From a virus (lineage: Duplodnaviria; Caudoviricetes), in IMG/VR virus record IMGVR_UViG_3300024310_000027, positions 1-28,031 of that record: a stretch of 28,031 nt of DNA. The stretch is one strand, 5' to 3'. Positions 7,444 through 14,075 of the stretch are shown in pieces; the stretch's first letter is position 1; each line of letters opens with the position of its first letter. The position numbers were made by a program, and so were the translations under genes. The notes under the pieces were generated by a model. The model had not been told where the DNA came from, did not search any database, and worked only from the letters and a program-made list of their open reading frames with translations.

Positions 7444-8390
7444 GCGAGCCGTTCAAAGTTTTGGATCTGTTCAGCGGTATCGGCGGATTCTCCCTAGGGT
7501 TAGAACGAACAGGGCATTTCAAGACCGTAGCGTTTTGCGAAATCGACAACTATTGCCAGCGTGTACTGCATAAGCACTGGCCGGAGGTTTACATACACAG
7601 TGACGTACGAACCCTCACAGCAAAGCACTTCGATGGATGGCAGCGACCAGACGTTATTGCAGGGGGATTCCCGTGTCAGGACATCAGCCTGGCAGGAAAG
7701 GGTGCGGGACTCGCAGGACATCGCTCCGGTCTTTGGTCTGAAATGTTCCGATTGGTTGGCGAGCTACGACCGCGATACCTCATCGTGGAAAACGTCTCAG
7801 CTTTGCTTGCTAGGGGAATTGACAGAGTTCTCGGAGACCTGGCCGGAGTGGGGTATGACGCGGAGTGGGGAGTCATTCCAGCTTGTGCGCTTGGAGCTCC
7901 GCACGTCAGGGAGCGCATATGGATTGTGGCCTACCCCATGTGCAACCGACACAACCGAGAGAATGCCACCCCCGCGGCCGCACCTTACAAAAAATGGAAC
8001 GATTCGGCACATAGGCAAATCGGGCGAGCAGTCACAGGTTCGACTATCGCAAGTCGTGAAGATGTTTCCAACCCCAACTGCTCGGGATTTCCGGTACGGC
8101 ATGAAGTTATCGACGGTGGACAGGCGGGCCGAGGAGTCAAGTCGGGGAGTGAATCTTTCCGAGTATTTACAGAGGACCGACAGAAGCAATGGGAAGTTGA
8201 ACCCAACGTGGGTCGAGTGGCTGATGGGGTTCCCGCTCGGGTGGACAGACTTAGAAGCCTCGGAAACTCCATCGTCCCCCAAATCGCAACCTGGATCGGC
8301 GAGCGAATAGTTGAGGCAGAACTGCTCTCCTCGCCTGCGACAGGTGCCATTTACGAAGCAACGGGTAGTGATGGAGCCAGAAAAGACTAA
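7440..8390 (+). CDS. DNA (cytosine-5) methyltransferase, alpha-type chain lacking motif IX
   Basis: Motifs I LDLFSGIGG, IV GGFPCQD, VI VENV, VIII PHVRERIWIVA, X RLRSLGNSIVPQIA. Confidence 0.93.
   Translation: MSEPFKVLDLFSGIGGFSLGLERTGHFKTVAFCEIDNYCQRVLHKHWPEVYIHSDVRTLTAKHFDGWQRPDVIAGGFPCQDISLAGKGAGLAGHRSGLWSEMFRLVGELRPRYLIVENVSALLARGIDRVLGDLAGVGYDAEWGVIPACALGAPHVRERIWIVAYPMCNRHNRENATPAAAPYKKWNDSAHRQIGRAVTGSTIASREDVSNPNCSGFPVRHEVIDGGQAGRGVKSGSESFRVFTEDRQKQWEVEPNVGRVADGVPARVDRLRSLGNSIVPQIATWIGERIVEAELLSSPATGAIYEATGSDGARKD
7633..8310 (+). CDS. Nested alternative-frame gene, putative methyltransferase beta chain (motif IX); start uncertain
   Basis: Frame open from 7561 to 8310; LWPTPCATD, MFPTPTARD and KLNPTWVEWLMGFPLGWT (motif IX-like). 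Confidence 0.7.
   Translation: MDGSDQTLLQGDSRVRTSAWQERVRDSQDIAPVFGLKCSDWLASYDRDTSSWKTSQLCLLGELTEFSETWPEWGMTRSGESFQLVRLELRTSGSAYGLWPTPCATDTTERMPPPRPHLTKNGTIRHIGKSGEQSQVRLSQVVKMFPTPTARDFRYGMKLSTVDRRAEESSRGVNLSEYLQRTDRSNGKLNPTWVEWLMGFPLGWTDLEASETPSSPKSQPGSASE
8325..8390 (+). repeat. 3'-end element, copy 1
   Basis: CTCTCCTCGCCTGCG at 8325, GCCAGAAA at 8376. Confidence 0.85.
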
Positions 8391-8431
8391 TAGCGGTCAC
8401 TCTCTATATCGGAAAGCGTAAGGAGAATTAA

Positions 8432-8881
8432 ATGAAAGCTCTAAGCGTAAGAGCTCCGTGGTGGTGGTTCATCCTGTACGGCGGCAAGGACATTGAGAAT
8501 CGAGACTGGCCAACTAAGTTTAGAGGCACCGTTTATCTCCACGCGAGCAAGTGGTTTGGAAAGCAGGAAGTGTACGACAACTTTCAAGATGTGCGGGATG
8601 GCATCAACCCAGGCTTCTGCGGAAGATCGGTAACGATTGGAGAGATGCGCGGCTTGGGTGGTCACATTGTGGGAACGGTTGAGATCGTTGATTGCGTGAA
8701 GGAGAGCGCTAGCCCGTGGTTCTCTGGAAGCTACGGATTCGTACTTCGCAACCCTATGCCGCTCGCCAATCCATTTCCCTTCAAGGGTGCGCTTGGATTC
8801 TTTGATGTTCCGTTACTCTCCTCGCCTGCGCCTATCGAACCTGTCAATGCAGATGCTCTTGAAGGCGCCAGAAAGAAATAG
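8432..8881 (+). CDS. ASCH domain protein
   Basis: KALSVRAPW...GGKDIENRDW...RG...LHAS...G.IVG.VEIVDC...PW...KGALGFF. Confidence 0.9.
   Translation: MKALSVRAPWWWFILYGGKDIENRDWPTKFRGTVYLHASKWFGKQEVYDNFQDVRDGINPGFCGRSVTIGEMRGLGGHIVGTVEIVDCVKESASPWFSGSYGFVLRNPMPLANPFPFKGALGFFDVPLLSSPAPIEPVNADALEGARKK
8816..8881 (+). repeat. 3'-end element, copy 2
   Basis: CTCTCCTCGCCTGCG at 8816, GCCAGAAA at 8867. Confidence 0.85.
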
Positions 8882-8884
8882 GAA

Positions 8885-9187
8885 ATGGAAGATCGAGAAA
8901 TCATGCAAGCTTTATTCGGAAAGCGTAAGCCCATAGCAAAACGCAGAAAGAAGAAGAAAGCTAATGTTGGCGAACTTAGGCGGCAATGTTTTGAGCGGGA
9001 CGGCGGCAGATGCCAGTTAAGGATTTCATTCAAGTGCTGGGGGACAGTAAGTTGGGACTACGGACACATGCATCATCTGAGACACCGATCGTTGGGCGGG
9101 AAGGATGTACTAGAGAACGTGACGTGGAGCTGCCCAGCCTGTCACATGGCTCACCACTCGCCGGAAAAGGTAGTTCCGAAAAAGTAG
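8885..9187 (+). CDS. HNH endonuclease
   Basis: FERDGGRCQ...HMHHLRHRSLGG...EN...CPACHMAHH. Confidence 0.88.
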   Translation: MEDREIMQALFGKRKPIAKRRKKKKANVGELRRQCFERDGGRCQLRISFKCWGTVSWDYGHMHHLRHRSLGGKDVLENVTWSCPACHMAHHSPEKVVPKK

Positions 9188-9291
9188 CTAGCTGGCAATG
9201 CCCTGGATGCGGACACAGTCTAACTGTACATAGCTATGGCGATGGTCACTGCCAGAAATGCTTGAAGAAGTGCAAAGGAAGGAAACGATGA
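9184..9291 (+). CDS. Cys/His-rich segment with no nearby start codon; possible -1 frameshift extension of the HNH
   Basis: WQCPGCGH...H...HCQKC; its stop overlaps the next ATG (ATGA); G AAA AAG precedes the HNH stop. Confidence 0.4.
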   Translation, partial: VASWQCPGCGHSLTVHSYGDGHCQKCLKKCKGRKR

Positions 9292-9602
9292 GCGGGTCAA
9301 GTGAATTTAGATTTTCAAGCAACGGGCCTGTGAGTTCTACCGCGCCTACGTGGATTTCTGTAAGCGAGAGGCTTCCGAAAGAGATAGAAAACGGGCGTCG
9401 GTGGGTAGAGGTTTGGGACTCTCACTGGAACACTTGTTACTACGCAACTTTCGATGGCGAAGAATGGCATTCGGCGCACAGAGAAAAGCCAATCGTTGTT
9501 TCACATTGGCGTCCTCTTCCAGACCCTCCACTCTCCTCGCCTGCGACAGGCAAGCCTATCGAACTCGATGGTGCGGATGTCGCCAGAAATCCTTCTAAGT
9601 AA
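9288..9602 (+). CDS. DUF551-like protein
   Basis: WISVSERLP...VSHWRPLPDPP. Confidence 0.85.
   Translation: MSGSSEFRFSSNGPVSSTAPTWISVSERLPKEIENGRRWVEVWDSHWNTCYYATFDGEEWHSAHREKPIVVSHWRPLPDPPLSSPATGKPIELDGADVARNPSK
9531..9602 (+). repeat. 3'-end element, copy 3
   Basis: CTCTCCTCGCCTGCG at 9531, GCCAGAAA at 9582. Confidence 0.85.
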
Positions 9603-9633
9603 CTGAATAACAAGGTAAATCGAGGGGAGAAAG

Positions 9634-9951
9634 ATGGCTGAACTAACAAACGAACGAATCGAAGAACTGATTGAGTTGTATTCGGAGACTGCTGACAACG
9701 AGTGGGAATCTGACGCGGCGGCTGGTCTGCGCGAGCTTATATCACTACGGAAGCAGAAGCCTGAGTCTGTATCTCCTGAGTGGATCGCACGAGCAGCCGA
9801 GGAGTGCGCCCACGAGATCCTAGACGAGAGTTACAAGATGGGAACAACCGTCAAAGCCAAGAAGATGTGCCACGACATAGACATCGCATGGATCGGAACC
9901 GACCGTATCAAGGCCATCATCCAGGCGGTGATAGAAAGGAACTCCAAGTGA
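9634..9951 (+). CDS. Hypothetical protein
   Basis: GGGGAG RBS; coupled to the next gene. Confidence 0.7.
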   Translation: MAELTNERIEELIELYSETADNEWESDAAAGLRELISLRKQKPESVSPEWIARAAEECAHEILDESYKMGTTVKAKKMCHDIDIAWIGTDRIKAIIQAVIERNSK

Positions 9952-10244
9952 GCGACAAAAATAAGGGCATTTACGAGAAGTTCACGGTGTATCGCAACGA
10001 TGGGAAGAGTGCTGTCGGCGCGAAGCATCACGGCTGCGAATACTTCGTGCTGGATCTGACGCACGATAAATATGCCGCTGCTGCGCTAAAGGCCTACGCA
10101 GAGGCTTGCAAACTGGAATTCCCGCTACTGGCAAGCGATGTCCGATTGTTGGCCGACGGAGTCACGCTGGCCAAGGTAGCCAAGATCGGAAAATTGGCAG
10201 ACGAATATGCAGCGAAGCAAGAAGCGAAAGATGGCCCGCGATGA
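9948..10244 (+). CDS. Conserved phage protein (YFVLDLTHD..A..AL.AYA)
   Basis: GTGA-coupled start with AAGGA RBS; recognisable phage family motif. Confidence 0.75.
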   Translation: MSDKNKGIYEKFTVYRNDGKSAVGAKHHGCEYFVLDLTHDKYAAAALKAYAEACKLEFPLLASDVRLLADGVTLAKVAKIGKLADEYAAKQEAKDGPR

Positions 10245-10639
10245 AAGACGACTCAATGTGCATCATCTGTGGAGTGCGCGACGGATGCCGATGTAAGGCG
10301 ACTGGAGTAGTGCCATCATCAGATAAGCCCTCAGCATCAGCGCGAGAGGAGAAGGACATATTCGACGAGTTTGCCGATGAGGTTGAGGCTCGTATCAAAT
10401 TCTTTACTGGCGACCCTGAGATTAGGAAACACATGCTATATCCGCCACAGGGATTCACTAAGAAGGATTTGGCATTCGTAGCGCGGCAATGGTTCGCTGC
10501 ACACTCTCAGCAGGCAGAGAAGAAAGCCGTGCGTATTCGTGAGTTCATGTCGTCCAAGTTTCGCAAAGAGCCGCAATTCACGGTGAGCAATGACATCCTC
10601 GACGAGATGCTTGCGGCCATTATTCGAGCTACAGACTAG
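10241..10639 (+). CDS. Hypothetical protein
   Basis: ATGA-coupled start; N-terminal CIICG...CRC. Confidence 0.65.
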   Translation: MKDDSMCIICGVRDGCRCKATGVVPSSDKPSASAREEKDIFDEFADEVEARIKFFTGDPEIRKHMLYPPQGFTKKDLAFVARQWFAAHSQQAEKKAVRIREFMSSKFRKEPQFTVSNDILDEMLAAIIRATD

Positions 10640-10650
10640 GGGGAAGCAAG

Positions 10651-10857
10651 ATGAAAGCAGAAGATCGAGATTGGCTTCGTGGGTATGCCTGTTGCTTGGC
10701 GACTGCAGTTCGCATAGAAGGATGCTGGGGTAAGCAGCACGAGGAACTTTTAACAGCGGTAGGAGTGGAGAGACTTAAGCAGGCTGACATCTCGGAATTC
10801 GATGCGGAAGTAATCTTCGACCCAGAATGGTCGCGTGAGCGCGGAGGCAGACAATGA
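10651..10857 (+). CDS. Hypothetical protein
   Basis: GGGGG RBS; coupled to the next gene. Confidence 0.65.
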   Translation: MKAEDRDWLRGYACCLATAVRIEGCWGKQHEELLTAVGVERLKQADISEFDAEVIFDPEWSRERGGRQ

Positions 10858-11141
10858 ACGAGCAGAATGAACTGAAACGGTACGAACTGGTACATCTTAC
10901 GCAAGGTTGGGAACAGGACGACCACGAGCTACAAGAATCTCCCGAAGGTGAATGTGTGGCCTACTCAGAGGCCAAGGAGGCTATCGAAGCCAAAGACGCT
11001 CTTATCTCAGAACTGCGTGAAGCGCTGAACAAGTACGGGCAGCACGATGAAATTTGCGATGGATACTTTCGAGCAGAATATCCGATGGGGGAATGCACGT
11101 GCGGACTAGATGAAGTTTTGGCCGCGAAGGAGCGGGGATGA
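10854..11141 (+). CDS. Hypothetical phage protein (LKRY...GE.V.YSE; H...C...CTCGLD)
   Basis: GGAGG RBS; ATGA coupling. Confidence 0.7.
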   Translation: MNEQNELKRYELVHLTQGWEQDDHELQESPEGECVAYSEAKEAIEAKDALISELREALNKYGQHDEICDGYFRAEYPMGECTCGLDEVLAAKERG

Positions 11142-11488
11142 GCATGAGCCAGGAATGGATTCCAGTAAAAGATCAATTGCCGATGAATGGTACGCGGGTG
11201 TGGGCCTACTTTCCCGACTATCCAGCGCCAGCAGACGGAGCTTTTAGGCCTTGTATTTGGCGTTCAGAAGGCAACGCGCCGACTAGGGAATGGGTGAAGA
11301 AGTGCCGACCCGAAGCAGATGTATCGGTGGGCTTATTCGATCTTGAATACACGACGGGATGGCACACTGCTGACCAGATTTCACACTGGATGCTGCGTCC
11401 ACTTCCCAAACCTCCAATCTCATCGCCTGCGGCTGGAAGTCTTACGGAAGAGATGAACGGTACGCCGCCAGAAAAGGAAAGTAAATGA
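11138..11488 (+). CDS. DUF551-like protein (second paralogue)
   Basis: EWIPVKDQLP...ISHWM.RPLPKPP. Confidence 0.8.
   Translation: MSMSQEWIPVKDQLPMNGTRVWAYFPDYPAPADGAFRPCIWRSEGNAPTREWVKKCRPEADVSVGLFDLEYTTGWHTADQISHWMLRPLPKPPISSPAAGSLTEEMNGTPPEKESK
11417..11488 (+). repeat. 3'-end element, copy 4 (diverged)
   Basis: ATCTCATCGCCTGCG at 11417, GCCAGAAA at 11467 (spacing 1 nt shorter). Confidence 0.7.
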
Positions 11489-11583
11489 CAACCAATCTAT
11501 TCGTAATTATTGCGGCTACATTTTGGATAGGCTTCTTCTTTGGGCGAATAACGATTGAGACGCCAGAAAAGGAAAAGGAATGA
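11485..11583 (+). CDS. 32-aa membrane peptide (not in ORF track)
   Basis: MTTNLFVIIAATFWIGFFFGRITIETPEKEKE; ATGA-coupled on both sides; AAGGA RBS. Confidence 0.6.
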   Translation: MTTNLFVIIAATFWIGFFFGRITIETPEKEKE

Positions 11584-11654
11584 ACTGGAGAATAGTTAGA
11601 GGGTTGATGGCACTCGCGGCAATGACTGCTTTGATTCTGTTGCTGTCGAGATAA
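11580..11654 (+). CDS. 24-aa hydrophobic peptide (not in ORF track)
   Basis: MNWRIVRGLMALAAMTALILLLSR; ATGA-coupled; AAGGA RBS. Confidence 0.5.
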   Translation: MNWRIVRGLMALAAMTALILLLSR

Positions 11655-11701
11655 ATAAAGTTCGCAACGTACTGAAATCAAGGTAATTGTGGAGGAATAA
11701 G

Positions 11702-12028
11702 GTGAATCAGGAAGCGACAGACAAACTAGTAGCCGAGACGAAGCTGCAAACATACGAACCGATCACAGGGATGTACATCATCACGTCCGGCAACGGCGGA
11801 TACGTCAAGCGCGAAGAACATGAGGCGGCTATCCGTGAAGCCATATCCCTGACACGGAAGGAAGTGCTGGAAGAAGCTGCGAAGGTTCTTGATGTAATGG
11901 TCGGAGAGTCTAGAACTGTAGCCATGCGAGCCAAGAACGAGACCGTCTCTGAGACGTACTTCTGCAACGCCAAAGGGCTTGAACGCGGAGCTGCCGAGCT
12001 GCGCCGTCTATCAGGAGAGAAAGCATGA
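11702..12028 (+). CDS. Hypothetical phage protein (LEEAAK...AAELR)
   Basis: GGAGG RBS before GTG 11702. Confidence 0.7.
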   Translation: MNQEATDKLVAETKLQTYEPITGMYIITSGNGGYVKREEHEAAIREAISLTRKEVLEEAAKVLDVMVGESRTVAMRAKNETVSETYFCNAKGLERGAAELRRLSGEKA

Positions 12029-12201
12029 GCACAGAGAAGCGCGAAGTCGTGGAACTGTGCATGAGCATTCACTATAAGCTGATGGCTAATCCGAGATTCT
12101 GGTACGACAAGGAACTCAGGGGAATCGACATGATTCTATGTGTGGCAGCTTCAGATGAAAGAGCGCGGAGAAGAGATGCAAAAGCTAACTTGGAAGTGTG
12201 A
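12025..12201 (+). CDS. 58-aa hypothetical protein (not in ORF track)
   Basis: AGGAG RBS; ATGA-coupled; fills an otherwise empty gap. Confidence 0.55.
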   Translation: MSTEKREVVELCMSIHYKLMANPRFWYDKELRGIDMILCVAASDERARRRDAKANLEV

Positions 12202-12502
12202 GTCTTGCGGGGCGTCTGGTTCGGCATCGCAAGGGAAAGACCTGATGGCTACCGTCCAATCCGCGATGATTGCCCATGATCGGGAAAGCCCGAATTGCGT
12301 CACAGATCCGAAACTTCATCTCGAAATTCCCGGAGAGGTAAAACGCGAATCGCTTCCCAGCCGAAAATCCAAGCTGCACATGTGTTCAAGATGCGGAAAA
12401 CACGTCAGCCCCGAACGTATCAAGCAATTGCAGAAAAAAGCAGGCAGACGCTTCAACCTGTGCGACGAATGCGTCGCCAGAAATAACAAAACAAACGACT
12501 AA
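12176..12502 (+). CDS. Zinc-finger-like protein (CESC...H..C; CSRC...CDEC)
   Basis: GGAG RBS before ATG 12176; paired Cys motifs. Confidence 0.7.
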   Translation: MQKLTWKCESCGASGSASQGKDLMATVQSAMIAHDRESPNCVTDPKLHLEIPGEVKRESLPSRKSKLHMCSRCGKHVSPERIKQLQKKAGRRFNLCDECVARNNKTND

Positions 12503-12529
12503 CGGACACAGACGTTCAAGGGGGAGTGA

Positions 12530-12667
12530 ATGGGATTCTCGGTGGAAGAGTTGAATTTGATTCGACAGTGGTACAACGCGCTGCAGGATTTGAATCCTAA
12601 ATACCTCGCGCCAGCAGACCACGAGCTTGCGTCTAAAGTCCTCAACCTTTTGGAAGAAAAGGAATAA
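12530..12667 (+). CDS. 45-aa hypothetical protein (not in ORF track)
   Basis: GGGGAG RBS; MGFSVEELNLIRQWYNALQDLNPKYLAPADHELASKVLNLLEEKE. Confidence 0.65.
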   Translation: MGFSVEELNLIRQWYNALQDLNPKYLAPADHELASKVLNLLEEKE

Positions 12668-12673
12668 CGAACC

Positions 12674-12940
12674 ATGGGATTCTCAGACGAAGAACTAGAC
12701 CGCGCATGCGCCTCTGTTGGAGCTATCGAAGTACCGAAAACGGTGTGCCACGGGGAACTTGGTGAAGTCCTTTGGTTGATGTTCAACGGCCGATCCTTAG
12801 CGGAAGTTCTCGGCGAGGTCCGAAGAGAATATCTAGCCGTCGCAGTCGAAAAGAAGGGTAGCAAGCGCGAGGCTAGAAGGACTTTAAAGATAGGAAATAC
12901 AACGCTTTATCGTATTGAACAGGGCAGGAATAAGTATTAA
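12674..12940 (+). CDS. Fis-type HTH protein
   Basis: SLAEV...REYL..AV...GSKREARRTLKIGNTTLYR. Confidence 0.75.
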   Translation: MGFSDEELDRACASVGAIEVPKTVCHGELGEVLWLMFNGRSLAEVLGEVRREYLAVAVEKKGSKREARRTLKIGNTTLYRIEQGRNKY

Positions 12941-12948
12941 GATTGAAC

Positions 12949-13323
12949 ATGCGATCGCCTTCCAGATTCCACATGAATCCTAGAAAGATTGAGGCAGTCA
13001 CCCTCAAACTTAGCGGCATGACCTACAAGCAGGTTGCGTCGGTTATGGGTGTCACTGGCCAGAGAGCAGCGCAGCTCGTCAGCCCTCCAACCACAGTCAA
13101 AGACCAAATTAGGCGCCGGCGTCAGTGCGCAGACTGCATGGTTCCAATTCCGATGCTTGGCGAGCGAGGTTACGGGATAGTTCACGGACACGTCCACCAC
13201 GACAAGATCACGGACACGCCGGAGCAATACAATCACATCTCAAATCTAGTTTTACTCTGCTCGTCTTGCCACTCGCTTCGTCATGGATTTCTGGCGAAAG
13301 CACGCGCCATGCGCCATCAGTAG
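12949..13323 (+). CDS. HTH-HNH endonuclease; start uncertain
   Basis: GMTYKQVASVMGVTGQRAAQL plus CADC...HVHH...N..SNLVLLCSSCHSLRH. Confidence 0.8.
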   Translation: MRSPSRFHMNPRKIEAVTLKLSGMTYKQVASVMGVTGQRAAQLVSPPTTVKDQIRRRRQCADCMVPIPMLGERGYGIVHGHVHHDKITDTPEQYNHISNLVLLCSSCHSLRHGFLAKARAMRHQ

Positions 13324-13391
13324 TGTGCCGAATTCGGTGCTTGCATCTGTAGTGCCTTAAGGCCGAAACTCACAATACCATCTGACCATCT

Positions 13392-13499
13392 CCGCGAAAG
13401 GGAGTGGAGTTCTACCTGGGGATTCCACTCCCGACCGTGAAAACGCATTAGCGTCGCGCCCTAAGAAGGCAATGGCCCTGCGTAGATGTGGCCTCGCGG
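13392..13499 (+). other. Structured leader at the early/late boundary
   Basis: ~14-bp hairpin 13400-13432 plus small hairpins, closed by CCGCGA/TCGCGG. Confidence 0.5.
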
Positions 13500-13512
13500 T
13501 TCTCGATAGAGG

Positions 13513-13896
13513 ATGCCGCGCATCAAGGATTCGCCGTCCCTAAAAACTATGGCATTGAATCTCTACTCTCACGATAAAACGCGAGTGTTGCGGCCTATTC
13601 TTGAAGTTGAGGCCGCTGAACTAAAAGCTTGTGGCGACATCACCGAAGTCTGGCAGCGCAAGCACGGCCAAAAGACCCGCTTGCTAGGATACAAGTACCG
13701 CCACCCATCATTCGTACCTTCCCGATCGCAACACACCTCACCGCACATCACCAGCAGAACCTCTGACGCTTACGCGACTGCTAAGGCTGATCGTTTCGTG
13801 AGGCCCATTGAGCATTGGGAACGGCGGATTCTCAAGCGTGTTGGGGACCGCCTCATTTCTAAAGCTAGCTGGCAAGACAGAGTAGTAACTGCATGA
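13513..13896 (+). CDS. Basic hypothetical protein; start uncertain
   Basis: Open frame coupled by ATGA to the next gene. Confidence 0.55.
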   Translation: MPRIKDSPSLKTMALNLYSHDKTRVLRPILEVEAAELKACGDITEVWQRKHGQKTRLLGYKYRHPSFVPSRSQHTSPHITSRTSDAYATAKADRFVRPIEHWERRILKRVGDRLISKASWQDRVVTA

Positions 13897-14075
13897 ACTG
13901 CTCTCAGTGTCTTACTCCAGTAGCTCCCAACAAAGGCTTTACAGTGAGCTACTACAAGGGTAAAGACGAGCAATCATACAAGTGCTGTTCTGCGGCGTGC
14001 GTCGACCGCTTAACTAAACACAAGAAAGAAGAAAAGCAGAGTGCCATCGCTTCCGCTTCGCCATTGCGCAAGTAG
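13893..14075 (+). CDS. Small zinc-finger-like protein (CSQC...CCSAAC)
   Basis: ATGA-coupled; TRASH/MYM-like Cys spacing. Confidence 0.55.
   Translation: MNCSQCLTPVAPNKGFTVSYYKGKDEQSYKCCSAACVDRLTKHKKEEKQSAIASASPLRK

Noticed and set aside
8321-9602. 3'-end element as a CRISPR repeat or mini-array (CTGCTCTCCTCGCCTGCG resembles the 5' half of type I-E repeats; 36-nt middle)
   Set aside because: No palindromic 3' half, copies are hundreds of bases apart inside coding sequence, the middles are related to each other, and no cas genes are present.
8325-11488. Element as an integron attC site or reverse-strand sigma54 promoter
   Set aside because: No RYYYAAC/GTTRRRY boxes or long palindrome, no integrase in the window, and GG-N10-GC spacing is not met in the copies I checked.
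13350-13400. Hammerhead ribozyme (GGCCGAAAC)
   Set aside because: The required CUGANGA core is absent.
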